A stretch of 38,284 bases of DNA from Hormoscilla sp. (GCA_051439505.1 JBFRWI010000220.1:1-38284), one strand, 5' to 3'; shown: positions 1 to 8,888, counted from the stretch's first letter. Program-made: numbers and translations. The notes: generated by a model not told the origin, from the sequence alone.

Positions 1-138
1 GACGCCCAGTTTAAGTTGGTGGTGAAAAATCTGCAACAATGCATCAATTATCTGAATGAAGCGAAGCATGAAATGACGCGGATGCGGCAGGTGCTAGAAA
101 AGCAGAAAGGGGGCGAGATATTAGATAAGGTAAGATGA
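1..138 (+). CDS. 3' end of a gene running in from the window edge; probable ZorA/MotA-like long-tailed membrane protein, paralog of 21627-23273
   Basis: Frame 1 is open to TGA at 136-138: DAQFKLVVKNLQQCINYLNEAKHEMTRMRQVLEKQKGGEILDKVR. The pattern L..C...L.EAK.E...R..LE matches the C-terminus of the 21627 ORF (LEACVRHLVEAKQEIYWLRETLE). It lies directly upstream of a MotB-like gene. Confidence 0.7.
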   Translation, partial: DAQFKLVVKNLQQCINYLNEAKHEMTRMRQVLEKQKGGEILDKVR

Positions 139-170
139 ACGAACCAGTGTGTCGGGTGGAAGTAGCGTCA

Positions 171-308
171 TAAGCAATTCAAAATTCAAAATTCAAAATT
201 CAAAATATGGCTGCGCCACAGATATGCGTGTCCTGCGCGAAGGGCAAAGCCAATGATCGCAATGGTTTGGGCGTTTCGGCCTATGCAATTTAAATGCACG
301 ACAGCTTA
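171..308. mobile_element. Short dispersed MITE-like element, copy 1 (TAAGC...GCTTA ends, AATTCAA heptamers at one end)
   Basis: It begins TAAGCAATTCAAAATTCAAAATTC and ends CCTATGCAATTTAAATGCACGACAGCTTA. The same ends recur at 2761-2886 (inverted), 9969-10071, 25474-25567 (inverted) and partially at 19578-19615. Confidence 0.7.
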
Positions 309-322
309 GGGGGTTGTGGAAT

Positions 323-1150
323 ATGCGTCGGAGATCGCAAGTAATAGAATCGTCGGAGGAGCTAAACATATGGCCAGCGTTTACAGACTTGATGTCGAAC
401 GCCTTCATGATTTTGAGTCTGCTATTGCTGCTGGCCCTAGTGAAATCGGTGTTTTTGAAGTCAGTCTCGGATGCGACGGAAAGTCGATCGCGAGAGTTAG
501 AGGAACAGATTGTCGAGTTAGAGGAGAAGTTGCGACAACGGTCAAATATAATTACGGGACTAGAGGAGGATGTAACGGGACTGGAGGGAAAGGTAGCCAG
601 TTTACAGAATGACTTGGGGAAAAGAACAACTATAATTACAGAACTAGAGGGGGAGGTGGAACGGTTAAAATCACCGCCCGTGATCGTGATTAGAGATTCC
701 CAGGAACGGAAATTTGAATCGGGAAGTGCGGATTTATCTGAGGGGTTAGTTAGCTTTATCAAGCAGGATTTGGTCAAGCAAATTGAATCTGAGGCCAAGA
801 ACTATCAAGGTTATGTGGTCGAGGTGATCGGTCATACGGACGGTCAGGTGAATCAAGGGCGATCGAGCAATCTGGATCTAATCTTAGAAAAGGTAGCCAC
901 GGGGAGTCAACCGGTAAGCAATCTCAGACCGGGTTCTAATGCGGATTTGGGGTTGATGCGGGCCTTGGCAGTGGTGCAGGAACTTCAGAAAGATGAGCGT
1001 TTAAAGAAAATGGGGTTAAAGTTTCGGGCTTATTCGGCGGCACAATTGTACCTGTCCCAGAATAGAGGCTACGCCCCAAGTAATCGGAATCCAGATCAAA
1101 GCAGGCGCAGGATTGAAATTCGCTTCTCTCCAGCAGCAGTAGAAAGATAA
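323..1150 (+). CDS. ZorB/MotB-like protein: single TM helix, coiled coil, OmpA-like peptidoglycan-binding domain
   Basis: WPAFTDLMS carries the conserved MotB/ZorB-type membrane Asp and is followed by a hydrophobic helix and a heptad coiled coil (ITGLEEDVTGLEGKV...). OmpA-domain motifs FESGSADL, VIGHTD and RRIEI follow. ATG 323 is preferred over TTG 314. Confidence 0.85.
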   Translation: MRRRSQVIESSEELNIWPAFTDLMSNAFMILSLLLLLALVKSVFLKSVSDATESRSRELEEQIVELEEKLRQRSNIITGLEEDVTGLEGKVASLQNDLGKRTTIITELEGEVERLKSPPVIVIRDSQERKFESGSADLSEGLVSFIKQDLVKQIESEAKNYQGYVVEVIGHTDGQVNQGRSSNLDLILEKVATGSQPVSNLRPGSNADLGLMRALAVVQELQKDERLKKMGLKFRAYSAAQLYLSQNRGYAPSNRNPDQSRRRIEIRFSPAAVER

Positions 1151-1170
1151 ACGTGGGGCGGGCGGATCGC

Positions 1171-1460
1171 CTGCCCGGCCCCGTGAGAGCAGCGAATATA
1201 TGTTGAAGAGCAAATACGACTGGGCAGTTATGGCAATGGATCGCGAGTATTTTAGCCTCTTAGTGCCGCAAGATCGGGAACGCCAAGCAAAAGAACGGCT
1301 AGAAACTATGTTAATAGAGGGCCTAGAGTCAGGACTTGCCGAACCGATGACCGCGCAAGACTGGGAGGAAATCAGGATGGCAGTACGAGAAAGAAGACGG
1401 CAATGCGGAAAGTGGGCTAGAAGTGAAGTCTGGCAGAACAAGCAAGATGCTTGGGCCTAA
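1171..1460 (+). pseudogene. Frameshifted, 5'-damaged ParD-family (ribbon-helix-helix) antitoxin
   Basis: One frame gives YVEEQIRLGSYGN (1199-1237). The +1 frame continues EYFSLLVPQDRERQAKERLETMLIEGLESG...DWEEIR. Joined, these follow the ParD/CC2985-type pattern. No adjacent ParE gene is seen. Confidence 0.65.
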
Positions 1461-1673
1461 CAAAGTGCTGTACCGCCGGCGATATTAGGCCCCACCGCCG
1501 GCGATCGCCACAGTTGTGTTTTCCTTAGTCCAGCTGAGAGAGTGTCCTTGTTATATAGTCTAAAAAAGACAAATAATGTCATATATTCATAATTTCCAGT
1601 AGGTCGGAAAGTCAATAAAAATACAGAAAATCAAAAAAGTTGGGAAAAATCTCAAAAATTTCTTAAGGATAAC

Positions 1674-1703
1674 TTGACAGGAAACAGAAAAAAGTGTTAA
1701 GTT
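1674..1703 (+). promoter_or_regulatory. Sigma70-type promoter upstream of the methyltransferase
   Basis: TTGACA at 1674-1679, an 18-bp spacer and an extended -10 TGtTAAGTT (1695-1703), preceded by A-tracts. Confidence 0.55.
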
Positions 1704-1973
1704 AAGCATGGACAGGGTCAGGAGATGCCGGTCAAAGCTGAGTGAGACAAGGGGTCGCTTTGGCAAGGGCGGCTGAAATCAAGGCCAGAGATGAAAGCGG
1801 ATAACTTGTTTGGTTACGGCCAAAAGAGAAGTGCCGACGCTCAAGCGCTGAACTTAAGAGTCTGCAAGAGAGGTATCCCGACGATCGGGCTCCGAGCTAA
1901 TATGGAGATTGTCGCCCTCTCCATAGCAAAGAGATAGAAAAATATCAAAAGTTGTCAACAAAAGGTAATTATT

Positions 1974-2672
1974 GTGAGTATAAACATTACTCAAACAAAA
2001 ACAGCCAATACAGCAAATACAGTCAGTAGTTTTGATGCAGTCAAGGAAGCCCACAAGCTTGAGGGAAATGCCGAACAGCTCGAAGAGTACTACGATGGAT
2101 GGGCGAAGAGCTATGACAGCGATGTAGACAACGAAGATTACAGTGGCCCGACTTACATTGCGGCCTATTTTGATTTGTTGCCCAAGCAAGAAGGCAAGTT
2201 TTTGAATTTACGCAATCAAAAGCTGGAAATCCTAGATGCAGGCTGTGGAACGGGCCTTGTCGGTCTGGAGTTACGTCGCAAAGGCTATCACAATATTGAT
2301 GGGTTCGATCTTTCCCATGATATGGTGAAGGAAGCATCAAAAACAGAGGCTTATCGCGATTTAAAGGGTGGATGTGACATGACTCAACGCATCGAAGCCT
2401 ACCCGGATAATCACTATGATGCGGCCATTAGTTGCGGGGTTTTCACCCTGGGTCATGTGCCACCGACAGCCCTGGAAGAGATGATTCGCTTTACTAAGTC
2501 TGGCGGGTTAGTAGTTGTGAGCACTCGCAAAAGCTATTACGACAGCACGGATTTTAAAGGGGTTTGCGAGCAACTCCAAGCAGAAAACAAGGTCAAGCTG
2601 ATTAGCTACATTATTGACGGTCCCTACATTGCCGAAGAAGGTGCTCACTACTGGGCTTTTCAAGTTTGCTAA
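1974..2672 (+). CDS. Class I SAM-dependent methyltransferase (METTL27/WBSCR27-like)
   Basis: Motif I ILDAGCGTGLVG, GFDLSHDM, YDAAISCGVFTLGH and N-terminal YYDGWAKSYD. GTG start with AAAGGT upstream. Confidence 0.85.
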   Translation: MSINITQTKTANTANTVSSFDAVKEAHKLEGNAEQLEEYYDGWAKSYDSDVDNEDYSGPTYIAAYFDLLPKQEGKFLNLRNQKLEILDAGCGTGLVGLELRRKGYHNIDGFDLSHDMVKEASKTEAYRDLKGGCDMTQRIEAYPDNHYDAAISCGVFTLGHVPPTALEEMIRFTKSGGLVVVSTRKSYYDSTDFKGVCEQLQAENKVKLISYIIDGPYIAEEGAHYWAFQVC

Positions 2673-2760
2673 AGTATTGGGCATGGCCGAGAGAATCTCT
2701 GGTAGTTATTGCCCGCTGGTTGTATGGCCAGAGCAAGGGCAAGAAAAATTGCTCTGCTCC

Positions 2761-2886
2761 TAAGCTGTCGTGCATTTAAATTGCATGGACCTACGCCTGA
2801 GATCCTTGTTATGGTCGGAGTTTCCCCTTCGCGCAGCGTGGCGCAGCCATATTTGGAATTATGAATTTGGAATTTTGAATTGCTTA
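2761..2886. mobile_element. Short dispersed MITE-like element, copy 2 (inverted relative to 171-308)
   Basis: TAAGCTGTCGTGCATTTAAATTGCAT...GTGGCGCAGCCATATTT...TTTTGAATTGCTTA is the reverse complement of the ends of 171-308. Confidence 0.7.
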
Positions 2887-3132
2887 AGTGGGTGGCTCTA
2901 ATGGGTTGCGTCTAGGTAAAGCGATCGCTACTCGGTTCATTATGTGGCATAGCTCCACGTGGATTCTCAAGAGGGTGCCAGAAAATCAAGAATATTGCTA
3001 TGATGGCAATATTATTGATTCTTGTGCTGACCCTGTTATATTGCAGGAAGCACAATCGAAGATGCGATCGGGCTTGTTTGGCCCTGGTTACGATCGTGCT
3101 AATTACTACATGAATAAGGAGGAGAAAAAGAA

Positions 3133-4071
3133 ATGGGATTGCCAGTGATATCCTTGGCAAAATTGAAAGACATCAAGGATTCAAACTCAGGGAATGAAGA
3201 ACACAAGCGTCTCTATGACGTCTGTTACAATCATGGTTTTTTCTATTTGAAAGATCATGGCATTTCAGCAGAGTTGGTTCAGCAAACGATCGATGCATCT
3301 CGGAAGTTTTTTGAGTTGGGAGAAGAAATCAAAAAAGCCTACGGTCACGACAAACAAACCGTTCATCCCCAGACATCGAGAGGCTACAGTCCCCTATACG
3401 GCGAAACCCTCAATGGAGAGAGTGGTGCCGATCCCAAGGAAATTTTTGACATCGGCAGAGACCGTCCGCCCTCAGATCTGCCTTTTACTGGTCCGAACTT
3501 GCTTCCTGATGACACTACAGCCCCAGGTTTTGCGGCCTGCCATTTGAAGCTTCAAGAGGAGATATTGACCAAAATTGTTCCCTCCCTTGTCAGGGGACTG
3601 GCAGTTGCATTGAACCTAGAAGCAGATTGGTTTGACCCTTATTTTGACGATCCGGTCTTAATCCATCGAACTGTTTACTATCCAGGTGCATATGCATCGG
3701 CAGGAAAACACACAGACACTGGCATTTTTACGGTGTTAATCCAAGAGTATTTCCCCACCCCTTCTCTACGGGTTTATGCCAACAATGCCTGGATTGATGC
3801 TGAATGTATAGAAGATACATTTGTCATCAACTTGGGAGATATGTTGCAATACTGGACGAATGGCTTATTCGTCAGCACTGCCCATGAAGTAATTCACAAA
3901 CTTCCCTGCAGTCGAGTGTCCATCCCTGTATTTGTATTTCCAAATACAAATACGATAATTGAGCCAATGGGAACGGATGAAAAGATCAATTCGACCGAGA
4001 TTATGGTGAAAAATTTTGAGTCAATTTGGGAGGATAAAACTGGGTCAGGTCGGGCTAAGGAATTGAAGTAA
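3133..4071 (+). CDS. 2-oxoglutarate/Fe(II)-dependent oxygenase, isopenicillin N synthase-like family
   Basis: DIOX_N-type LPVISL...GFFYLKDHGI, iron ligands HTD...H (KHTDTG; STAHEV), INLGDMLQYWTNG and the RxS motif (SRVSIP). RBS AAGGAGGAG lies upstream. Confidence 0.9.
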   Translation: MGLPVISLAKLKDIKDSNSGNEEHKRLYDVCYNHGFFYLKDHGISAELVQQTIDASRKFFELGEEIKKAYGHDKQTVHPQTSRGYSPLYGETLNGESGADPKEIFDIGRDRPPSDLPFTGPNLLPDDTTAPGFAACHLKLQEEILTKIVPSLVRGLAVALNLEADWFDPYFDDPVLIHRTVYYPGAYASAGKHTDTGIFTVLIQEYFPTPSLRVYANNAWIDAECIEDTFVINLGDMLQYWTNGLFVSTAHEVIHKLPCSRVSIPVFVFPNTNTIIEPMGTDEKINSTEIMVKNFESIWEDKTGSGRAKELK

Positions 4072-4141
4072 GAATCATCAACTTGCGGCAATTAAGCAAG
4101 AAGACTCGATAATGGCTAAGGGCTAATTGAGAATTCTGCAA

Positions 4142-4277
4142 GTCCTGGGAACTATCCTAGAGGTTCAGCCTCGGGTTGGAGAAGCTGGAGGCTTAGCCTC
4201 CAGAGGATCGTTCCCAGGTAAGCTGGAGGCAGAGCCTCAGAAGGGGCGTTCCCAGCCAGAGACTGCCCACGAGAAAA
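4142..4277. repeat. Palindromic dispersed repeat (GAGGC-N-GCCTC hairpins, GTTCCCAG arms); its last 30 bp recur at 5306-5335
   Basis: Hairpins CTGGAGGCTTAGCCTCCAG and GAGGCAGAGCCTC. GTTCCCAGCCAGAGACTGCCCACGAGAAAA is identical at 4248-4277 and 5306-5335. Confidence 0.7.
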
Positions 4278-4286
4278 AACTTGGAT

Positions 4287-4589
4287 CTAGAAAATTGCTG
4301 TATTTCCCAAAAAGGCAGTAGCGCCACCAAATGACAAATCGTCTAACTGTGAGGCAACTGGCAAATCGAAGGAACTCAAGAAAGCTTCAATCTCATCAGC
4401 AGTGGTACGATCTGCACCTTCTGCTACAGCTCCGCTAATCAAGGCATTACCTGTTAGCTCAAATAGATAGCGTAATATCAAGAGACCATCAGTTAATGCA
4501 TCATTTGTAAAACAAAATAGAAATTTTACTGCTAGAATACCATCGCTTAAGGCATCAGTTTCTCCATCACCGTCAATCCAGAAGGAGAT
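4287..4589 (-). pseudogene. Remnant of dockerin/EF-hand-like repeats from the C-terminus of a large secreted protein
   Basis: The minus frame reads IDGDGETDALSDGILAVKFLFCFT-NDALTDGLLILRYLFELTGNALISGAVAEGADRTTADEIEAFL, two fused DALxDGxL units. An in-frame stop lies immediately upstream and there is no credible start. Confidence 0.6.
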
Positions 4590-4731
4590 TCAGCTATTTT
4601 AGATTTCTTAACATAGGCGAGTTTATTTGTGCTTACCTGCTTACGGTAAAATCAAAGTGCCGCAATTGCGGTTAAGTCCGGAATATCCGCTAACATCGGA
4701 TTTAAGATGAGTGATGTAAAGGAGTGGGAAT

Positions 4732-5028
4732 TTGCGCTATCAGATTGCATTCTCGACAAATAGCTTGGCTCACTTGCGAATGCTGACGGTTCGACAACAG
4801 AGAATTATTATGGCAGCCGTTACCGAACAACTTGCCTATGAGCCAAACGTACCCACGCGCAACCGCAAACAAATGCGACCCAACCTCCTTGCAGTTTGGG
4901 AATTGCGGATTGATAATATTCGCGTTTACTATGATATAGAGGAGGATGAAGATGTAGTGGATATCCGTGCTATTGGCATTAAAGAAGGCAATCAAGTTTT
5001 TATTGAAGGGAAAGTGGTAGAATTATGA
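4732..5028 (+). CDS. Type II toxin, RelE/ParE superfamily
   Basis: 98 aa, YQIAFS...WELRIDNIRVYYDI...IRAIGIK pattern, RBS AAAGGAG and TTG start. It overlaps the next gene by ATGA. Confidence 0.85.
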   Translation: MRYQIAFSTNSLAHLRMLTVRQQRIIMAAVTEQLAYEPNVPTRNRKQMRPNLLAVWELRIDNIRVYYDIEEDEDVVDIRAIGIKEGNQVFIEGKVVEL

Positions 5029-5273
5029 GAAAAGTAGAAATATCTGAAGCTGAGGCCCCTTGGGCAGAGTATGTACAAGATCGAGAGCCGATTGTTTTAA
5101 CCCGTGATGGTCAACCAGTTGCGGCAGTGGTTCCCATCGAAGGCATCGATCTGGAGACGCTTATGGTGAGCATGAATCCTAATTTTATTGATATTATTGA
5201 GCGATCGCGCCAAAGTCAAAAAGAACATGGTCGGATATTTTTGGAAGAAGTCCGTCAGGAATTGGGAATATAG
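5025..5273 (+). CDS. Type II antitoxin, Phd/YefM family
   Basis: 82 aa with EPIVLTRDGQPVAAVVPI and C-terminal LEEVRQELGI. Coupled to the upstream toxin (toxin-first order). Confidence 0.85.
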   Translation: MRKVEISEAEAPWAEYVQDREPIVLTRDGQPVAAVVPIEGIDLETLMVSMNPNFIDIIERSRQSQKEHGRIFLEEVRQELGI

Positions 5274-5475
5274 TAGGGTGCCCAGTGCCCTTAGCTTGGT
5301 CGAAAGTTCCCAGCCAGAGACTGCCCACGAGAAAATTTTAGCCCGCGCAGGCGGTTGCCGCGCTGCGCTCGCAATGACATTGCTTTGTTTGTGTAGCCGG
5401 ACCCTTTAGGGTTCGGGCACGTTCGGGCACGAGGAAATGTGATATATTCAGTATGTACGATCGGGCTGAACTATT

Positions 5476-6582
5476 TTGAGTGAATCTTGTCCCACCGTTG
5501 CTCCCGGGCAACCCCTGACTCCTTTACAAAGAACGGCACTGCAATTGGTCGCTCGTCTCCATGGCGGGCGCGATGTGGTGCTGGCGATCGACCTAACGGA
5601 GAGTGTCGGTTTGAATGAAGAAGGTCGCCTGCGCCTGCGTCAGATTGTCTCAGATAGCTTGCAACCGCTCGATACTGTCTATGTCGTTCCTTTTGCCTCA
5701 ACCGTCGCCCCTCTAGAAGCCCCGATCGCATTCAAGAGCAATTCAGATGTCGATCGCATCATCCCAGGGATAGAATCTCAGTCGGATGGCAATTTCCGCA
5801 ATACAGATATTCAGCTTGCCGAGCTATCTATCTATCAGAAGCTGGCCCAAATTAATCAATGTCGCTTGACAGAAAATCAAGCAATTAAACCCCAGTCCGT
5901 GGTTTGGATTACCGATGCGCCTCTGGGTACAAAATTAGGCTCGGAATGGATTGAAACTCCTTTTGAGAGCGCATTTAGAAAAGAAAATTCTATCCCCAGT
6001 CAGCAGCGACGCGCTTGGATGCAATCTCTCCCCCTGCAAGAGCGATCGCTCTCCATTAGAACTAAGGACGAGCAAGTATATCAACTGACTGTGGTGGATA
6101 TTCCGCCGACGGTGCAGGAGTTCTGCACTCCCGCCCCCGGGGGCAAAGAAACCTGCTTGGTAAATGCTTACCTCTGGGGGCAATTGTGGTTACCGACTGC
6201 CGGTTTGGCGATCGGATTAATTGCCATCCTGTTTGCAGTAAAGACTTGGATGAGTTGGCAAAAGAAATGGCAGTTGATCGTGGATTTTGCTTCCGGACAG
6301 GAGGAACAAATATGTTATCTGCGACACAATCAACGGATCGCGATCGGGGAGTACGATGGTAATTGCGTTGATGCCATTGACTGTCCCGGGGATCCAGTGA
6401 GAGCATATTTAGAACGAAAAGGGAATAGTCTTTACCTAGTGCCAACCGGGTCAGGAAAAATTGATTGCAATGGCAGAGAAGTTACTCAGCGGACTCGCCT
6501 ATCTGGTAACCAGATGAGGCTGAATTGTCCCGATGGGAATAATCGCGATTTTGAACTCGCGATCTCAATTAAAAAATCCTAA
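5476..6582 (+). CDS. vWA-domain membrane protein with C-terminal FHA-like domain
   Basis: MIDAS-like VVLAIDLTESV, NTDI and VVWITDA; one TM helix (LWLPTAGLAIGLIAILFAV); beta-rich C-terminus (RIAIG...AYLERKGNSLYLVP...NGREV) resembling FHA. The TTG start is uncertain. Confidence 0.75.
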   Translation: MSESCPTVAPGQPLTPLQRTALQLVARLHGGRDVVLAIDLTESVGLNEEGRLRLRQIVSDSLQPLDTVYVVPFASTVAPLEAPIAFKSNSDVDRIIPGIESQSDGNFRNTDIQLAELSIYQKLAQINQCRLTENQAIKPQSVVWITDAPLGTKLGSEWIETPFESAFRKENSIPSQQRRAWMQSLPLQERSLSIRTKDEQVYQLTVVDIPPTVQEFCTPAPGGKETCLVNAYLWGQLWLPTAGLAIGLIAILFAVKTWMSWQKKWQLIVDFASGQEEQICYLRHNQRIAIGEYDGNCVDAIDCPGDPVRAYLERKGNSLYLVPTGSGKIDCNGREVTQRTRLSGNQMRLNCPDGNNRDFELAISIKKS

Positions 6583-6628
6583 CCTGTGGGATTATCGTTC
6601 GATTGCATGTTAAAATTATACGGGGAGT

Positions 6629-7399
6629 ATGGTGAAAAAAACTCAAGAATGGATCGAGAAGAAGCAGATATTTTTAGAGCAAGAAGACCTTCAGCACGTA
6701 CAGAAAGACTATGCCCAACGAAATCATATTGAAGGCAAAATAGTCGATGGTAGACTTGGACAGTTTCATAAAGATGTACACAGCCTCACTTACGATCCGG
6801 ATAGACTAGAGCGCGCCTATGACAAATATGCCCATGAGTATGATGAATTACTCCTGGAACTTGCTGGAGATGGCACATCCGGCTGTAGTCACTATACGAC
6901 CTTGTTTTTTAGTAGAGTTGTACCTATACAGAAAAATCTGCGCATCTTGGATGCAGGTGTGGGTACGGGCATCGGTGGAGTTGAACTGATTAATTTAGGC
7001 TATACACCGCTGGAGATCGTTGGCGTCGATCTGTCTTCAAAAATGTTGGTGCAGGCTGAAAAGCGAGGGGTTTATGAAGCACTTCATCATGCTCGCTTTC
7101 CAGAAACAGGTGATATTTTGCAGTCAGATGAGTTTGATGCGGTCTTATGTGCTGGAGGATTTAGCCATTCAGCGATGCCTGAGGTGGCGATGCCTGAGTT
7201 CGCGAGAGTCACCCGACCTGGAGGCTTCGTTGTGTTTAGCGTGCGCCAATCAGTCTATGAAGAATCTAACTCTCAAATGAAGGCTATGGTAAGTCGATTA
7301 GAGGAAGCTCGCGTCTGGGATGTTGTTGCTCAAGAGTGTGGAGCATACCTACCTGCTGATGGAGTGAAAGCGGTATACATTGCCTGTCGCGTTTGCTAG
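6629..7399 (+). CDS. Class I SAM-dependent methyltransferase (METTL27/WBSCR27-like)
   Basis: AYDKYAHEYD, ILDAGVGTGIGG, GVDLSSKML, FDAVLCAGGF, RVTRPGG. RBS GGGGAG. Confidence 0.85.
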   Translation: MVKKTQEWIEKKQIFLEQEDLQHVQKDYAQRNHIEGKIVDGRLGQFHKDVHSLTYDPDRLERAYDKYAHEYDELLLELAGDGTSGCSHYTTLFFSRVVPIQKNLRILDAGVGTGIGGVELINLGYTPLEIVGVDLSSKMLVQAEKRGVYEALHHARFPETGDILQSDEFDAVLCAGGFSHSAMPEVAMPEFARVTRPGGFVVFSVRQSVYEESNSQMKAMVSRLEEARVWDVVAQECGAYLPADGVKAVYIACRVC

Positions 7400-7452
7400 C
7401 ATATAGGTTGTTGCAGCCGGGGAGTACGATGGGGGTTTTGACCACACCCAGC

Positions 7453-7579
7453 AAAAATTGATTATAATGGCAGAGAAGTTACTCAGCGGACTCGCCTATC
7501 TGGTAGCCAGATGAGGCTGAATTGTCCCGATGGGAATAATCGTGATTTTGAATTCGCGATCTCAATCAAAAAATCCTAG
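7453..7579 (+). repeat. Direct-repeat copy of the last 127 bp of the vWA gene (6456-6582)
   Basis: Hand alignment gives 7 mismatches in 127 bp, ending on the stop codon (TAA vs TAG). A further 15-bp piece CGGGGAGTACGATGG (6345-6359) recurs at 7418-7432. Confidence 0.95.
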
Positions 7580-7603
7580 GGTGGGCACCGCCCACCATTG
7601 CCT

Positions 7604-7679
7604 CCCAACCTACGAACTTGACATCAATTTAATACCAAAGCCAGTTGGGTTTCGTGCCTCTACCCAACCTACGAATTAC
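7604..7679. repeat. Copy of the 66-bp REP-containing unit also arrayed at 12271-12445, preceded by REP TAGGGTGGGCACCGCCCACC (7577-7596)
   Basis: CCCAACCTACGAACTTGACATCAATTTAATACC...GTTGGGTTTCGTGCCTCTACCCAACCTACGAATTAC is shared with 12271-12445. Confidence 0.85.
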
Positions 7680-7705
7680 TGTCTAGTAAATACATTATAC
7701 ATCAA

Positions 7706-8686
7706 CTAAGTATTTTGGTCAGTAATTATTAAATCTGCGATCAAAGGTAGATGATCTGAACCTATATTTTTACCAGTTTTTATTTTGATAACTCTAATAT
7801 CTTGACTTACCAAACAATGGTCTATTGGAAGAGATAATAGCGGGTTGAAGCTTGGCCAAGAAGGAATTATCCCAAAGCCTTTTCGCGCATTATACAGTCC
7901 GGAATTACGAATTAAATTCTTATAAAATGGAGACCACATCGTTATATTCAAATCCCCAATGACTACAGTTGAGCTTTTCTGATTTGCTACATAACTGGCA
8001 ATTTCTGATAGCTGTTTATTCCGCAAATTAAACCCATCTTTGTCAATAGCAAAGCTGGGATGGGTTGCTAATATTGAGAGAGTTTTTCCCTGAATCTCGA
8101 TTTGGGTACTTACGGTTTTTCTTCCTCCCCCTAAATCTTGTATCGATGTATTTTTTAGAGGTATCTTACTATAAACTGCTATTCCTAAATTTACATTTTT
8201 ATCGAAAATAATTTGTGGATCTTGATGAATCACCCAATAAGAATAATCTTTTTGTAAAAGTTCTAATTTTTCTGCCCAAGCATCAGTCACTTCTATAAAT
8301 ATGGCTACATCGGGATTTTCTTCTTTTACTTCAGAGATTAATCGCTCATACTGTTGGTTCTTATATAATACATTCGCTTGCAAAAATCTTATTTTGCGAT
8401 CGCTCGGATCTTTGATTATATCTCGGGAAATATAAAACGGGATTACTTCTAATAAATTAATCGTCAGGCAGAATAAACTAATCAGCAACCATACAGGATT
8501 GCCAACCCATAAAAAAAACGATATCCCCAACAAGCTCAGAAATGTATATTGGATTTTCAAATGACAGGTTAGTTCGAGCAGATAGTGAAACTTCCCTAAA
8601 TAACTAGCCAGAGAACATAGAGTCACTAAGACGATGGTAATGACAAAAATCAAGTAGATTAGTTTTTCTATCCCCAAAATATCCAT
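7706..8686 (-). CDS. Membrane-anchored endonuclease/exonuclease/phosphatase (EEP) family protein
   Basis: Three N-terminal hydrophobic segments, then QANVL, PDVAIFIE, VIGDLN, PIDHCL and GSDHLP. AT-rich. Confidence 0.85.
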   Translation of the reverse strand: MDILGIEKLIYLIFVITIVLVTLCSLASYLGKFHYLLELTCHLKIQYTFLSLLGISFFLWVGNPVWLLISLFCLTINLLEVIPFYISRDIIKDPSDRKIRFLQANVLYKNQQYERLISEVKEENPDVAIFIEVTDAWAEKLELLQKDYSYWVIHQDPQIIFDKNVNLGIAVYSKIPLKNTSIQDLGGGRKTVSTQIEIQGKTLSILATHPSFAIDKDGFNLRNKQLSEIASYVANQKSSTVVIGDLNITMWSPFYKNLIRNSGLYNARKGFGIIPSWPSFNPLLSLPIDHCLVSQDIRVIKIKTGKNIGSDHLPLIADLIITDQNT

Positions 8687-8888
8687 AGGCTTTAATAAAT
8701 CCCTCCCTCGTCTGACGATACCATTAGTGGCACTTGCCCTTCTAGAGTGTCGGTACTGATACCGGGTACCAGAGCATTGATATCTCTAAGATAGCTGCAC
8801 TCCGAGACCCGGTCTCACCCTTGCTACTCGACGCTCTAGGAGACCTTAAATGATTATACCATTTTATTGGTGAAGCCTTTATGGCAAG

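Noticed and set aside
193..798. 201-aa minus-strand ORF
   Set aside because: Antisense shadow of the MotB-like gene, running into a repeat element; no motifs.
1705..1930. SAM or other known riboswitch upstream of the methyltransferase
   Set aside because: No SAM-I/II, TPP, glnA or guanidine consensus was recognisable by eye; kept only as an unassigned leader.
2888..3160. Overlapping 86-aa (+) and 82-aa (-) ORFs before the oxygenase
   Set aside because: No RBS or recognisable motif, and the + ORF starts at the edge of a repeat. A gene remnant is possible but unsupported.
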